From a virus: a DNA stretch of 64,000 bases. Below, one piece after another: positions 35,331-45,421 of the stretch. The first letter of the stretch is position 1. Each line of letters opens with the position of its first letter. The stretch lies in IMG/VR virus record IMGVR_UViG_3300028840_002420, positions 32,001 to 96,000 of that record; one strand, 5' to 3'. Made by a program: the position numbers and the translations under genes. Below the pieces are notes generated by a model. It searched no databases, was not told where the DNA came from, and saw only the letters and a list, made by a program, of their open reading frames with translations.

Positions 35331-37291
35331 AATTGCTTGATATTGCGATCGAAGGATTCATGGGCTTCACTGGCGCTGTCAAGTTGGCGCTTGATTCGTT
35401 GGGCTTGGTCCACATCGCCGGAGCGAATGAAGATGATCCGGCCAACGACAGCAACGGTTCCGGCAAGACGACGATCCTGGAGGCGCTGACGTGGTGTCTG
35501 TTCGGCGAGGGGCTGCCGCGGCCGTCTGGTAACAGCGAGCAGGGCGTTCGTGCGGACGAAGTGCTCAATGACCGCCGCAAGAAACAGTGTTACGTGCGCG
35601 TGAATCTGGAGGATGAGGACGGGACGGCTTACGGTGTGGCGCGGTGGCGGAAGTACAAGGGTGAGGGAGATTCTCGTCAGAGTAGCGGAGTGATGCTGGT
35701 TGTGGGCGGAGAGCCGATCCAATCGCTCGATGAGAAGGAGACCAATCGTCTGATCTGCCTGAAGCTCGGGCTCGATCGGGATATCTGGTGCCGTGGGGTG
35801 GTGTTCGGTCAAGAGGCCTCGTTCAACTTCTGCGAAGCGACGGCGAAGGATCGGACCGCGATCCTCACTACAGTGATGGGGCTTGAGACGATCGATACGT
35901 GGCTGGAGCGCTGCCGGGATGAAAAGCGGGCGCTGACGACCAAGATGGCCGAGAGCGGCGGAAAGCTCGAGATCGCTCGCCAGGGGCTGCAGAGGGCTGA
36001 GCAGGAGTCTCCTGAAGCGCAACAGCAGCAGTGGGAGGTTGATCGAGCAGCGACCTTACAGGCGATAGAGAGCGATCTGACGGCTATCGCCAATGAAGGG
36101 ACAAGCTTGGTTGCCACGTTGACGGAGCTGGAGACAGCCGGCCGACCGGCTGTGGCTGCGTTCCCAGATCCACCGAGTGACGAAGCTGTCCGGGCCGCTG
36201 AACGAGCGATGCAGGAGGCCTCTGTCAAAACCGGGGTATTGCGGACAGAGCACGATGTGCTCAAGCGCCGTGTGGCTCAGCTGGAGAGCATGCAGATCGG
36301 AGAGTGTCCGACGTGTTTGCAGCCGATCACGGCCGAGCATCGGGATCCGTGCCTGGGGGCCGCTCGTGAGTCGGTAGCAAGCTTGATCAACGGCCAGATG
36401 TGGATTGAGGCGTGGGGGGCGTTCGAGCAGGCTCAGAAGGCCTATGCGGCTGCTCAGGATGCTTACAAAGCGGGGCATGCCGAGACGCGGCGGTTGTCTG
36501 AAGAGGCTCAGAGGACGCAGCAGCAGGCGCTGCAGTGGGATAATTCGGTGCAGGCTCTCAAGAACCAGATCGAGCACGGTCGGAAGCGTTGGACTGCGGA
36601 AGCCGCGCGGAAGCGTCAGGTGCAGCAGCAGAGCAATCCGTTCGGGGAGCTGGTAGCCAAGCATCAGGAGCAGCTCGAGCAGCTTCGGTGGGAGCTGGTG
36701 GCGCTTGAAGACGAGCAGAAGGGGATCGGCGAAGCGCTCGATATTTGTCTGTGGTGGGAGAAAGAGCTGCCCCGGTTCCGTACGTGGTTGTTCGATGCGG
36801 TGGTGGATACGTTGGCGGCCGAAGCGAATAGGTGGCTGCGGATCATGTCTGGCGGCGTGATCTGGGTTCAAATCTCTACCACGAAGCAGGTTGGCAAGCG
36901 GCTCCGCGATGAGCTGGACGTTCAGGTCTATCGGTGGCAGCCTGACGGCTCTGTGACTACGCGTAGTTATCGCACGTGGTCTGGGGGCGAAAAAAGACGG
37001 GTTGCTTTGGCGGTAGATCTCGGGTTATCTAGGTTGCTCGCGGATCGAGCGTCGAAGGCCTATCGGTTCCTGGCGTTGGACGAAATCGACCGCCACTTGG
37101 ACAGCCAAGGCCGTGAAGGGCTGCGCCAGGTGCTTGATGAGCTTCGGCGCGAAAAGGAGACTCTCTTAGTCATCACACATGATCCCGAATTCCGCGCGTC
37201 CTTCGATACTGAGGTTCTGGTGACGAAACGTGCAGGTGTTAGCGATTTGGAGGTACGAGGTGCCCAAGCCGAGAGTAGTGGAGCTGCCTAA
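35327..37291 (+). CDS. SbcC/Rad50/gp46-like ATPase
   Basis: NGSGKT, Q-loop FGQ, zinc hook CPTC, SGGEKRR, LDE, ITH. Confidence 0.93.
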   Translation: MKLLDIAIEGFMGFTGAVKLALDSLGLVHIAGANEDDPANDSNGSGKTTILEALTWCLFGEGLPRPSGNSEQGVRADEVLNDRRKKQCYVRVNLEDEDGTAYGVARWRKYKGEGDSRQSSGVMLVVGGEPIQSLDEKETNRLICLKLGLDRDIWCRGVVFGQEASFNFCEATAKDRTAILTTVMGLETIDTWLERCRDEKRALTTKMAESGGKLEIARQGLQRAEQESPEAQQQQWEVDRAATLQAIESDLTAIANEGTSLVATLTELETAGRPAVAAFPDPPSDEAVRAAERAMQEASVKTGVLRTEHDVLKRRVAQLESMQIGECPTCLQPITAEHRDPCLGAARESVASLINGQMWIEAWGAFEQAQKAYAAAQDAYKAGHAETRRLSEEAQRTQQQALQWDNSVQALKNQIEHGRKRWTAEAARKRQVQQQSNPFGELVAKHQEQLEQLRWELVALEDEQKGIGEALDICLWWEKELPRFRTWLFDAVVDTLAAEANRWLRIMSGGVIWVQISTTKQVGKRLRDELDVQVYRWQPDGSVTTRSYRTWSGGEKRRVALAVDLGLSRLLADRASKAYRFLALDEIDRHLDSQGREGLRQVLDELRREKETLLVITHDPEFRASFDTEVLVTKRAGVSDLEVRGAQAESSGAA

Positions 37292-37697
37292 GCGGGGCAG
37301 CAAGAAGAAATCCCGCAGCAAGAAGAAATCCCAAAAGAGCAGCCGGCCGAAAAAGCCGCATTGGTACACGATGGAGTCGTTTTTCAAAAGCGACAGTCAG
37401 TTGGTGATGAAGGTCGGCGACGAAGATATCGTGCTGTGCGGGTGGGTTCCCCCCTATAACGAAGTGGCCGTGTGTCTCGTTCCCTCGTCCATTACACAGC
37501 AGCAGGGATTGGCGCTGCAGAAGATCCTGGAAGCTAATTTGAGGGCTCCAGTGCTTGTGCTGACCAACAATACCCAGCTCGTGAGGCTGAAACAGATCTC
37601 GGAGTCCGAAGCGATCCGGATCATGAACGAGGGGGATCCTAATGCCATCGTCCACGTCGAAGACGGCGAAGAAAAAGAAGGCCAAAAAACCGACTAA
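37260..37697 (+). CDS. Hypothetical protein with basic N-terminus
   Basis: GTG start with SD GGAGG. Confidence 0.6.
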   Translation: MPKPRVVELPKRGSKKKSRSKKKSQKSSRPKKPHWYTMESFFKSDSQLVMKVGDEDIVLCGWVPPYNEVAVCLVPSSITQQQGLALQKILEANLRAPVLVLTNNTQLVRLKQISESEAIRIMNEGDPNAIVHVEDGEEKEGQKTD

Positions 37698-38217
37698 GGC
37701 TCAGCTCGGTCGTAGGAGTCGGGTCAAGGGTGGGGCTTTCGAGCGGAAGATCGCCGCTGAACTGCGTGTGATTTACGATCCTCCTGAATTGGTCGCCGAG
37801 TTGGTAGCGGCGCTCGAGGCGAAGGACCTGAAAGAGTACAAGCGGTTGTTGAAGGCCTCGAATGTCAGCCGGGGCGAGCAGACGCGTGGAGCGAAACACG
37901 CGGACCTGTTGATCGACGAGTGCCCGTTCTGGCTCGAGCTGCAGGATGCGGGGCCTCAGAAATATAATCCGCGATCCAAGCTCGAACAGGCCGAGCGGGA
38001 CGTTCGAGAATCGGAATCGGACAAGTGGCCCGCTGCGGTATGCCATCGGTTGGGGCGTCGTTCGATTCAGGTCTGCATGCGGTATGATGCGTTGGCGTGG
38101 ATCGCGACAGGCTACTGCTTTGCGGACGCGGACGCGGCCGAGAATATCGTGGTGATGATCGACTGGGAGGATTTCAAGGGTCTTCTCCAGGAGCATGAAG
38201 ATGAGCGGCGACAGTAA
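37642..38217 (+). CDS. Holliday junction resolvase-like PD-(D/E)xK nuclease
   Basis: SRVKGGAFERKIA...ADLL...WLELQ...EQAERD. Confidence 0.75.
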   Translation: MPSSTSKTAKKKKAKKPTKAQLGRRSRVKGGAFERKIAAELRVIYDPPELVAELVAALEAKDLKEYKRLLKASNVSRGEQTRGAKHADLLIDECPFWLELQDAGPQKYNPRSKLEQAERDVRESESDKWPAAVCHRLGRRSIQVCMRYDALAWIATGYCFADADAAENIVVMIDWEDFKGLLQEHEDERRQ

Positions 38218-38854
38218 GCGGGATCAGATCAAGGAAGATATCGCGTTCGAGGTGCTGCGGGATGCCGGTAAGAGGCACAACAAAGCCGTCGAGATGCGCA
38301 AGGCTGAGATGTTGGCGCGGAACATGACGCCGGTCGAGACCGAAGCGAGCGTGGAGCGGCTTAAGGATGAAGCCGTTCGGGCGTTCTTCGGTGAGGAGGG
38401 GATCCCGCCCGATTTGAAAAAGGGCTGGGCGATCTACGAGCAGCGGCGAAAGGAACGGGATCGTGTCGAAGCCCCATTGCCGCCAGGGGGCTGTTTGCTT
38501 CTGGGTAGAGAGGCGACGGTTGCGGGCGCGATGGCTGAAGCTCATATGAAGTTGGCGGCTGCGCTCCACATCGACACGAGGGCGATCAAGCTGTCGCTCA
38601 AGCGGGATGAAGCCAACCGGATCAATCTGATTGCGGATGTGAGTCCACCCGATGACTGGGTGATCCCGATCGCTATCGGCAATCAGGCAGCTCAGACTCC
38701 GCAAGAGGCCGCCAAGGTCTACATCCAAAGCGTGCTGCGGCAAATCAATCTGTGGTTCCGTACCGAGGTCGGGGTGCGGCTGGAGGCCAGCGAGAAGATC
38801 AGGCCTGAACTGAGCCGGCCGGTTGCTCCGTGGGCTGGCCATGGGCAAGCGTAG
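38201..38854 (+). CDS. Hypothetical protein
   Basis: SD AGGAG; overlapping operon layout. Confidence 0.7.
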   Translation: MSGDSKRDQIKEDIAFEVLRDAGKRHNKAVEMRKAEMLARNMTPVETEASVERLKDEAVRAFFGEEGIPPDLKKGWAIYEQRRKERDRVEAPLPPGGCLLLGREATVAGAMAEAHMKLAAALHIDTRAIKLSLKRDEANRINLIADVSPPDDWVIPIAIGNQAAQTPQEAAKVYIQSVLRQINLWFRTEVGVRLEASEKIRPELSRPVAPWAGHGQA

Positions 38855-39512
38855 TCCACCGAAGGGGCCGGCTGCAGCTCCACCTGACGCGAAGCGTAAG
38901 AAGCTGCAGCGGTGGGAGTATGAGCGGGCGATCCAGTCCGCGGAGGTGGCGTATATCACCGATGAGCGGATGCGTCCGCTCGAGTATTGGTGGGACCAGC
39001 TTTGCTCTCATTGCATGCCGCTACAGCGGTTTAAGAGCCGTTCGAAGATCGGCAGATGGTCCGAGCGGCGGAGCAAATACTGGGAGGCTGTCACTCAGGA
39101 AGTTCTGCGCCAGACCAAGCACAAGATCGTTCATGATCGTGCGGCCGAGCTGCAGCAGATGCAGCGTCTTCGCCAGGCTGCGTACGACGCGGTAGAGCCG
39201 CGGCTAGATAAGGATGGGCGGTTGGTGTATCCCGTGGCGCCGAAGAGCCTGGAGGGCATGATTACGGCGCTTGTGCGGCTCGATATCCGGGCAGACGACA
39301 AACGGGATGAGCTTTTGGCGATAATTGATCCTGAGCTGCTTAAGGAGACGGCCGAGCAGCAAGGACAGCAGTTCTCTCCGGAAGATATGCGGACGGTCGC
39401 TCGAGTACTTCTAACCAAGCGCCGGGAGGCGCAGACGCGGCGCATCAAAGAAAACGAGCGTCAGCTACTCACCGAAGGATCGGGTGAAGACGATGAAGAA
39501 ACAGATCTTTGA
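38841..39512 (+). CDS. Helical DNA-binding protein, possibly terminase small subunit-like
   Basis: Basic N-terminus, RWSERRSKYW motif followed by coiled coil; the assignment is weak. Confidence 0.5.
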   Translation: MGKRSPPKGPAAAPPDAKRKKLQRWEYERAIQSAEVAYITDERMRPLEYWWDQLCSHCMPLQRFKSRSKIGRWSERRSKYWEAVTQEVLRQTKHKIVHDRAAELQQMQRLRQAAYDAVEPRLDKDGRLVYPVAPKSLEGMITALVRLDIRADDKRDELLAIIDPELLKETAEQQGQQFSPEDMRTVARVLLTKRREAQTRRIKENERQLLTEGSGEDDEETDL

Positions 39513-40923
39513 GATTGATCCGAAAGACATCGTAATCGGTTGGCGGGTGCGGCTAGATCCAGGCGATATTAACGAGCTGGCTGCATCGATTTTGGAGCAC
39601 GGGCAGATGCAGCCGATCGCGGTCAAGACCAACGGTGATAATCGGCTTGAGCTCATCTCTGGCGAGCGGCGGATCCAGGCTTGTCGGCAGCTGCAGCGCA
39701 AAGTTCTCGCGGTTCTGGTCGAGCCGAAGGATGAGCTGCAAGCTCTCGATATGCAGCTGGATGAGAATCTGAGGCGGAAGGATTTTGACGATATCGAGCG
39801 TGGGCTTGGTTTGGCTCAGCGTAAGATGATCTACGAGAAGCTCCATCCAGAGACCAAAGTCGGCGGCGCTGGTCGCGGCCGTCCGAAAAGTAGGATGGCG
39901 AAATCTGACAACCTGACAGATCCGCCAAGAGAGCCGGCCGAGCGATTCACCAAAGTCACGGCCAAGCGGTTTGGGATCGGTGAGACCAAGGTCAAGGAGA
40001 TGTTGGCGATCGTCGGGCTGTCCGCAAAGCCGAAGTTCCAAAAGAGGATGCGATCTGCGAAGGACAAGCCGGTTGCCGAGCGAAATCGCATTTACATGGA
40101 GTGTCTGCAGGAGCACCGTCGGGATAAGAAGATGGAGCGGCTCAAGGCCGAAGCCGATAAAAAGGCCGAGCTGCAGAGTCAGGCCGAGCTGAATGATCAG
40201 GGTGAGGTAGCCGAGACTGAAAACGCGCGGCCGATCCACGTCTATCATGACGACTGCCTGAAGCTGATGGCGACGTGGCCGAAGGAGTCTGTAGATTTGG
40301 TGGCTTCCGATCCGCCGTTTGGACGGGCGCGGAGCCAGATCGCCCACATTGCTCGAGCGAGCATTAATCCGGAAGAGCACAAGTGGGACAAGCTGGATGT
40401 CGGCTGGGTGATGCTGGCCGCTCCGCTGCTCGTGCCGGGTGGGCAGTTGCTGACGTTCTGTCCGCTCGAGAAGGTCGGAGACTACGAAGTAGCTTGCGAA
40501 GCGGCCGGGCTCGACTACCGGATGGCGATTCTGTGGTGCAAGACCAATCCGGGTCCAGCTCATCGGCCGACCTACGTGTCCGCAGTCGAGGCTATCGTGT
40601 GGGCCGTCAAGCCGGGCAAAGCTCCCTACTTCAAGCCGTGGGAAGGCAAGAGCACGGATGGGGACTACCACCCAATGAACTGGTTCGAGTCACCGATTTG
40701 CGGTGGCCGGGAGCGGTTGCATCCGACACAGAAGCCGCTGGCTGTGATGCTGAAGCTGCTGCATCGGCATGCGTCGCCAGAGCTGAATCATAGGGTGCTC
40801 GATCCGTTCGCCGGCGCGGGGACTACGGGTGTGGCTTGTCGACAGATGGGGCTGTCCGCAATCCTGATCGAAAAGGACGAGACCTATTTGGAGATGATCC
40901 GAGCGCGGATGGCTGCGCAATGA
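39493..40923 (+). CDS. ParB-like domain fused to a beta-class N6A/N4C DNA methyltransferase
   Basis: ELAASILEHGQMQPI...LISGERRIQA...ENLRRKD; MTase DPPF, HPTQKP, DPFAGAGTTG. Confidence 0.9.
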   Translation: MKKQIFEIDPKDIVIGWRVRLDPGDINELAASILEHGQMQPIAVKTNGDNRLELISGERRIQACRQLQRKVLAVLVEPKDELQALDMQLDENLRRKDFDDIERGLGLAQRKMIYEKLHPETKVGGAGRGRPKSRMAKSDNLTDPPREPAERFTKVTAKRFGIGETKVKEMLAIVGLSAKPKFQKRMRSAKDKPVAERNRIYMECLQEHRRDKKMERLKAEADKKAELQSQAELNDQGEVAETENARPIHVYHDDCLKLMATWPKESVDLVASDPPFGRARSQIAHIARASINPEEHKWDKLDVGWVMLAAPLLVPGGQLLTFCPLEKVGDYEVACEAAGLDYRMAILWCKTNPGPAHRPTYVSAVEAIVWAVKPGKAPYFKPWEGKSTDGDYHPMNWFESPICGGRERLHPTQKPLAVMLKLLHRHASPELNHRVLDPFAGAGTTGVACRQMGLSAILIEKDETYLEMIRARMAAQ

Positions 40924-41198
40924 CCGAGCACCATCGAATTGTGCTGCTCGAGCTGGAGGATGCTCGAGCAGCGGTCAGCGCGGGGTATCTGTCAGATCGG
41001 ACACAGTTGAGCATCGGCGCTGTCTGTCAGGCCGGGCTCGAGCTGTGCCATAAGAAGATGGTCAAGAACCAGAGCGTGCGGCATATCGAGCGCGATGGTC
41101 ACGAGCTGACGTTGTACACCTATCGGATCACGGGCCGCGGACGGTCGATGTGCGAGCGGATAAGGGCGGCAGCTCACCAGGGAGATCCTCTCCCGTGA
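40920..41198 (+). CDS. Winged-helix protein
   Basis: YRITGRGR wing motif. Confidence 0.6.
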   Translation: MTEHHRIVLLELEDARAAVSAGYLSDRTQLSIGAVCQAGLELCHKKMVKNQSVRHIERDGHELTLYTYRITGRGRSMCERIRAAAHQGDPLP

Positions 41199-41485
41199 AC
41201 GATCCCAAGTATCGGCGATTCCGGTTCAAGGGGATCCGGATGCGGGAGACGACGTGGGACGCGATGGAGGTTCTCGATCACGTGTGGCGGCTGATGAATC
41301 GCAGCGCGATCCATCACAGGACGCGGGGAAGGCTGGTCAAATTCGGGTTTGCGGAATTTCAGGACCGTGGAAAGCACCACATCCGCGGCCGGTTGACTGC
41401 GGAAGGGATCGATTTCCGCAATCGGGTCTATAAAGAGCGGGCGAGGCGGCTCAACTACAAGCTTTGGAAGGACAAGTGGACATGA
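41195..41485 (+). CDS. Basic hypothetical protein (wHTH-like)
   Basis: RLTAEG motif; GTGA coupling. Confidence 0.55.
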   Translation: MNDPKYRRFRFKGIRMRETTWDAMEVLDHVWRLMNRSAIHHRTRGRLVKFGFAEFQDRGKHHIRGRLTAEGIDFRNRVYKERARRLNYKLWKDKWT

Positions 41486-41775
41486 GCAAGGTCAACGATA
41501 AGGCAGCGCAGCTATTTCAGGCGTGGTCGGACGAAAAGCGGGCTCTGGAGTCATTGCGGAGTCAGGTGCGGGCTGCGGAAACTAAACTGGAGAACGCGGC
41601 GAACGAGCTGGGCAAGCAGTTGGTGCCGAAAGGGGCCAATCCGAGCGAAGAGTTCGCGATTTGGGTGGGCTGTACGGTCGACGGCGAATCGTTCGATGCG
41701 CTCGTGACAGTCAAGACTCCCAAGCAGTCGGGCGTGGGTAAGTACAAGATCGAAGTGCGGGAAGAGCGGAGATGA
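41482..41775 (+). CDS. Hypothetical protein
   Basis: ATGA coupling. Confidence 0.65.
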   Translation: MSKVNDKAAQLFQAWSDEKRALESLRSQVRAAETKLENAANELGKQLVPKGANPSEEFAIWVGCTVDGESFDALVTVKTPKQSGVGKYKIEVREERR

Positions 41776-42029
41776 TTCAGTACGAGATGAGGCTGCCATT
41801 ACGGCAAGAGCCGTGGCCGAACGGACAGAATGAAGCGAGGCCATGCCCGGTTTGCGGGAAGCCGTGGATTCCGTGGGCTGGTTCCAGGTTGCCTTGTCAC
41901 GGGCGTTGTTTGTTTCCGGAGCGGGATAGGCAGCTGATGCAGGCGGATCCGCGGACGGACTTGGAGCTGTCCAAGGCGCTAGGTGTCACGACATCGGTGG
42001 TGCGCTCTGCAAGAAAGCGGCGAGGCTGA
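41772..42029 (+). CDS. Zn-finger + HTH small protein
   Basis: CPVC...CH..C; TDLELSKALGVTTSVVRSARKR. Confidence 0.65.
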   Translation: MIQYEMRLPLRQEPWPNGQNEARPCPVCGKPWIPWAGSRLPCHGRCLFPERDRQLMQADPRTDLELSKALGVTTSVVRSARKRRG

Positions 42030-42511
42030 TGATCATCCGCGTTCCGGACTTTCCGCCCTTTGACGGCGAGGGCAAGCCTCCACGTCCGCTCGTGCTGCTA
42101 CTTGGTCAGGGGGACTGGCAGGCTCGAGCGGCTGCGGAATTGTCGTCGAGCTGCGGCGTGGTGGTCTGTACGGACGGGGTGCTGCCGTCTAACAAGGCGC
42201 TCCCAGCGCTGTGGATCGAGGTGTTGCTGCAGTACATCGATGCGGTGGACGCCGTGGGGATCTGGGCTGCGGACGAAGGGCTCTATCTGGACGAATGGAC
42301 GATGGGGGCGTACATCTGCGGACGGATTCCGCAAAAGACGCTGGTCGGTTCCGCACCGGAGCCAGAGCACCCGATGGTCCCCGGATTCATCAATCTAGCG
42401 ATGCAGGCCGGAGCGTCCGCATTCGCTCGTTACGAGATATTCATGGCGGCGCTCCGCGATCGAGCGAGGCAGAGCCGTCAAAGAGGAAGGCGTGGGCTGA
42501 ACAATGGCTGA
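42029..42511 (+). CDS. Degenerate nucleoside 2-deoxyribosyltransferase-like protein
   Basis: LLLG..DWQARAAAEL...YIDAVDAVGIW pattern. Confidence 0.45.
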   Translation: MIIRVPDFPPFDGEGKPPRPLVLLLGQGDWQARAAAELSSSCGVVVCTDGVLPSNKALPALWIEVLLQYIDAVDAVGIWAADEGLYLDEWTMGAYICGRIPQKTLVGSAPEPEHPMVPGFINLAMQAGASAFARYEIFMAALRDRARQSRQRGRRGLNNG

Positions 42512-43043
42512 AGAACTGAGACACGTACGCTTCTCATTATCGGACTTGATCTACGCGGTGCAGGCGTTCCGCGGAGATACAACGCCCCTTTCCGCAGACC
42601 AGGCGCTGACCTGGTATTGGAATTGGGCCTCAGATCGCGGATGGAAGCTCAAGATGATCGCCAATCAGATCGATTCCGCAAAGCTGGCCAGCCGTATCGA
42701 GTGCGGAAGTCAGTTTGAGTGGGCTGCGGAAGAATACTGGAATGTGGTCTGGTCCGGAGAGGATATCCAGGCAAGTCCGGACTTGGTTTCCGAAGCAAGC
42801 GTTAGAGACCTTTCCGCAGCGGCCAAGCTGGTCCTGTCAGAGCTTTTCAAGCGCGGATGGACTGTCCGCAGCCGTATCAATTTGGGCAGCAAGAAGCCGC
42901 CCGAAGCGTGTCTGGTGAGGTACAACGATCAGGGGCCGGAACACCAGATCTTCCTTGATGATGTGATAGCTGTTGCGGACGAGCACGGGGCGGCAGGGAC
43001 AGCCGTGAATCTGGAGGATATCGTTTACGACCTGGAGGCCTAA
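42504..43043 (+). CDS. Hypothetical protein
   Basis: Coupled ORF. Confidence 0.7.
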   Translation: MAEELRHVRFSLSDLIYAVQAFRGDTTPLSADQALTWYWNWASDRGWKLKMIANQIDSAKLASRIECGSQFEWAAEEYWNVVWSGEDIQASPDLVSEASVRDLSAAAKLVLSELFKRGWTVRSRINLGSKKPPEACLVRYNDQGPEHQIFLDDVIAVADEHGAAGTAVNLEDIVYDLEA

Positions 43044-43131
43044 AAACATCCACGGTATCGCGCAGTTATAAAAAACAGCCGCTGCGGAATTGGCAGGCCG
43101 CAGTCGGGGGCAATATAAGCTAGGTGAAATC

Positions 43132-44181
43132 ATGAGCGAAATTGTCGAGGTAATCCGCAAGGTAGCAGCGTTTGCGGACAAGCAGGAATCAGAGACCTTC
43201 ACGCTCGCCGATGTCCATTTCCGCAAAGGCGAGGTGTACGCACAAAGCATGGTGGGCGGGGCGCTAGAACCAATCGAGCTGGAGCTGAATTGCGGAGTCA
43301 ATGCCAAGAAGCTGCTCAAGGCGCTCCAGGCGGTGGGCAAGGCGCCCAAGTTCGAGATGGTCGGAAAGCAGCTCAAGGTCTCCAAGGGCAAGTCCAGGGC
43401 GAAGCTCGAGACCAGCGATCCGAAGCACGCTCCGAAGCTGCACAGGCCTCCCAAGGGCGCTGAGTGGCTGGAGGTGCCTCATCTGCACGAAGCAAGCAGG
43501 CTGGTGTGGGCAGTCTCCACAGATACTACGCGGACGCATATCGCTGGTGTGTGCCTATCGGCCAGGGGGCTGTGTGCGACCAATGGCCACGCAGCGATCA
43601 AGCTCGGAGAGGAGAACTACTGCGAGCTGCTAGGCTGCGGCGAAGCCTCCGCTCCGCTCATTCCGCCAGCTGTGCTCAAGAACCTACCCAACCCGACGTT
43701 CGCCTGTCTTCACCAGGGCAAGCTCTATCTGGCCGCGGAGTCCAAGCCGAAGGCCTTCCGCAGCGCCAATCTGTACGATGCCAGGTTTCCGTCGATGGAG
43801 CAGGTGATGGAGACAGGGCGCGGTCAGCCGCGGCTGTCTGTGGACCGTAGCGCTCTGGTCGATTTGCTCAAGCGGGCGCGGCTGTCTTCTCATTCCGCAG
43901 TGCTCGAAGTCAAAGGAAAGCGGTTGAGCGTTAGCATCGACGATACACGGCCCGCGGACACGTTGTTTTCGTTTGCGGACAGTGTGGAGTTCACCAAGGT
44001 GTCTGGCGAGGTTCCGGACGGGTTGATCAGCCTGAACCTGAACTACCTGTTGCCCAGTGTGGAGACCTGTAGCGACAAGCAGGTGACGCTGGGGATGCTT
44101 CCCGAAGCAGCCGGGAGTCTCGAGCCGATCTATGTGACGGACGGTGACATCGAAGCGATCATGATGCCTATGCGGATGTGA
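43132..44181 (+). CDS. dnaN: DNA polymerase III beta-like sliding clamp
   Basis: AVSTDTTRTHIAGV...ATNGH, DARFP, VDRSALVDLLKRA, LNLNYL, IMMPMRM. Confidence 0.88.
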   Translation: MSEIVEVIRKVAAFADKQESETFTLADVHFRKGEVYAQSMVGGALEPIELELNCGVNAKKLLKALQAVGKAPKFEMVGKQLKVSKGKSRAKLETSDPKHAPKLHRPPKGAEWLEVPHLHEASRLVWAVSTDTTRTHIAGVCLSARGLCATNGHAAIKLGEENYCELLGCGEASAPLIPPAVLKNLPNPTFACLHQGKLYLAAESKPKAFRSANLYDARFPSMEQVMETGRGQPRLSVDRSALVDLLKRARLSSHSAVLEVKGKRLSVSIDDTRPADTLFSFADSVEFTKVSGEVPDGLISLNLNYLLPSVETCSDKQVTLGMLPEAAGSLEPIYVTDGDIEAIMMPMRM

Positions 44182-44399
44182 TGATGAGCTACGCTGAGAA
44201 GAGAGATGAGAAGCTCCGGGATATTCGCGAGCGCCCAGAACGACACAGGCATTCGTTCGGGGCTCTGCAGGTCTGCTGCATGATCGACGGCTGCCTTGAT
44301 GGGCTGCTGTTGGAGGCTCACGAAGGCTTGACGGGCAGTAACGGGGGCCGCGGCTGCGATACGACATCGGGGCCGTGTTCGTGCGGAGCGTGGCATTGA
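44178..44399 (+). CDS. Small Cys/His-rich protein
   Basis: CDTTSGPCSCGAWH. Confidence 0.6.
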   Translation: MMMSYAEKRDEKLRDIRERPERHRHSFGALQVCCMIDGCLDGLLLEAHEGLTGSNGGRGCDTTSGPCSCGAWH

Positions 44400-44860
44400 T
44401 GGGGCAGGTATGTCTGAAGTGCGGAAACACGGAGTGGAAGCTACTCAGCGAGCTGACTATCTCAGTCCAGCCGGGCTCTCGTGAGGATTGCTGGGCGTGC
44501 TCTGGCTGCCTGCTGCCGTTGGGTAGACCAGGGGATGCCGCAGTGGTCGGGGTGAAGCCTACTACGCCGGTCAAGATCGAGCGCGTGTTCTACCAGTCGC
44601 TGCGTGCGGAGAGCTTCACAGAGCGGTTGCGGAATGAGGCGTTCGAGGCACTCAAGAAGGCTGCGGACCAGGCAATCGAGCAGGTGATCGAAGGCTGTAC
44701 AGCGTCATTCTCAAGGCGGAGCTGTCTGAGCTTGATTGCCAGGACGCTCGATCTGGCTTGGCAGGAGCGCTGGCAGGAAGCTCTCGAAGTCGCGGAGTTA
44801 GCGGTTGCCGAGCTGAAAGGCAAAATTGATCGGCAACACTTTGGCCCCGAAACGCCATAG
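44399..44860 (+). CDS. Zn-ribbon hypothetical protein
   Basis: CLKC...CSGC; TGATG coupling. Confidence 0.6.
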   Translation: MGQVCLKCGNTEWKLLSELTISVQPGSREDCWACSGCLLPLGRPGDAAVVGVKPTTPVKIERVFYQSLRAESFTERLRNEAFEALKKAADQAIEQVIEGCTASFSRRSCLSLIARTLDLAWQERWQEALEVAELAVAELKGKIDRQHFGPETP

Positions 44861-44863
44861 TAG
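44833..44863 (+). promoter_or_regulatory. Phage-specific promoter motif, copy 3
   Basis: GCAACA-17-CATAGTAG. Confidence 0.6.
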
Positions 44864-44917
44864 GGATATGGCGGGTGTTGAGTAGGCTTGCAGGCTGCCA
44901 CGGTTTGGAGAACGAAG

Positions 44918-45421
44918 ATGAATTTGGAAGCGGTGCGGAAGGTCATTGACGACCTGAACGATCGGGGCTTCGAGTACGTAGGTCACGCGTTTTGGTCCGT
45001 GTCCTATTGCGGAAGCGGGTCCATCGTTGTCGAGGCGATGGGGATCCCGATCTGGGATAGTGAGGAAGACGAGCGCGAGCAGATCGGGACGTGTCCGAAG
45101 TGTGGTGGTTCCGGGGCTGATCCGGATTGGGTGGAGGGCAGTGCTCGCCCCACGTGTCCGACTTGCGGTGGAGACGGCGAAGACGATCTGTGGGAGCCGC
45201 TGGCCGCGTTCTTGCCGCGGCGGTTGATGGAGATTGCTCTCGAGCTGCTGTTGATGGCCGGGCCGAAGTCGGACAGTGAAACGTCGATGGCCCATGACGA
45301 TCGACCGGTACCAGATCCGCCGCTATGTCAGGGCTGCGCTCACCAGCAAAATAACTGCTGTGTGCGGTCTAAGACGTTGGGCGTGTTGTCCGGAGCGTGC
45401 CCGGATTTCGAGCAGCAGTGA
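44918..45421 (+). CDS. Hypothetical protein with DnaJ-type zinc finger
   Basis: CPKCGGSG...CPTCGGDG; SD GGAG. Confidence 0.7.
   Translation: MNLEAVRKVIDDLNDRGFEYVGHAFWSVSYCGSGSIVVEAMGIPIWDSEEDEREQIGTCPKCGGSGADPDWVEGSARPTCPTCGGDGEDDLWEPLAAFLPRRLMEIALELLLMAGPKSDSETSMAHDDRPVPDPPLCQGCAHQQNNCCVRSKTLGVLSGACPDFEQQ

Noticed and set aside
19181-37291. Inteins or introns in helicase, PolA, RecA or SbcC
   Set aside because: Protein lengths are ordinary, and no splice-junction or homing-endonuclease motifs were seen.
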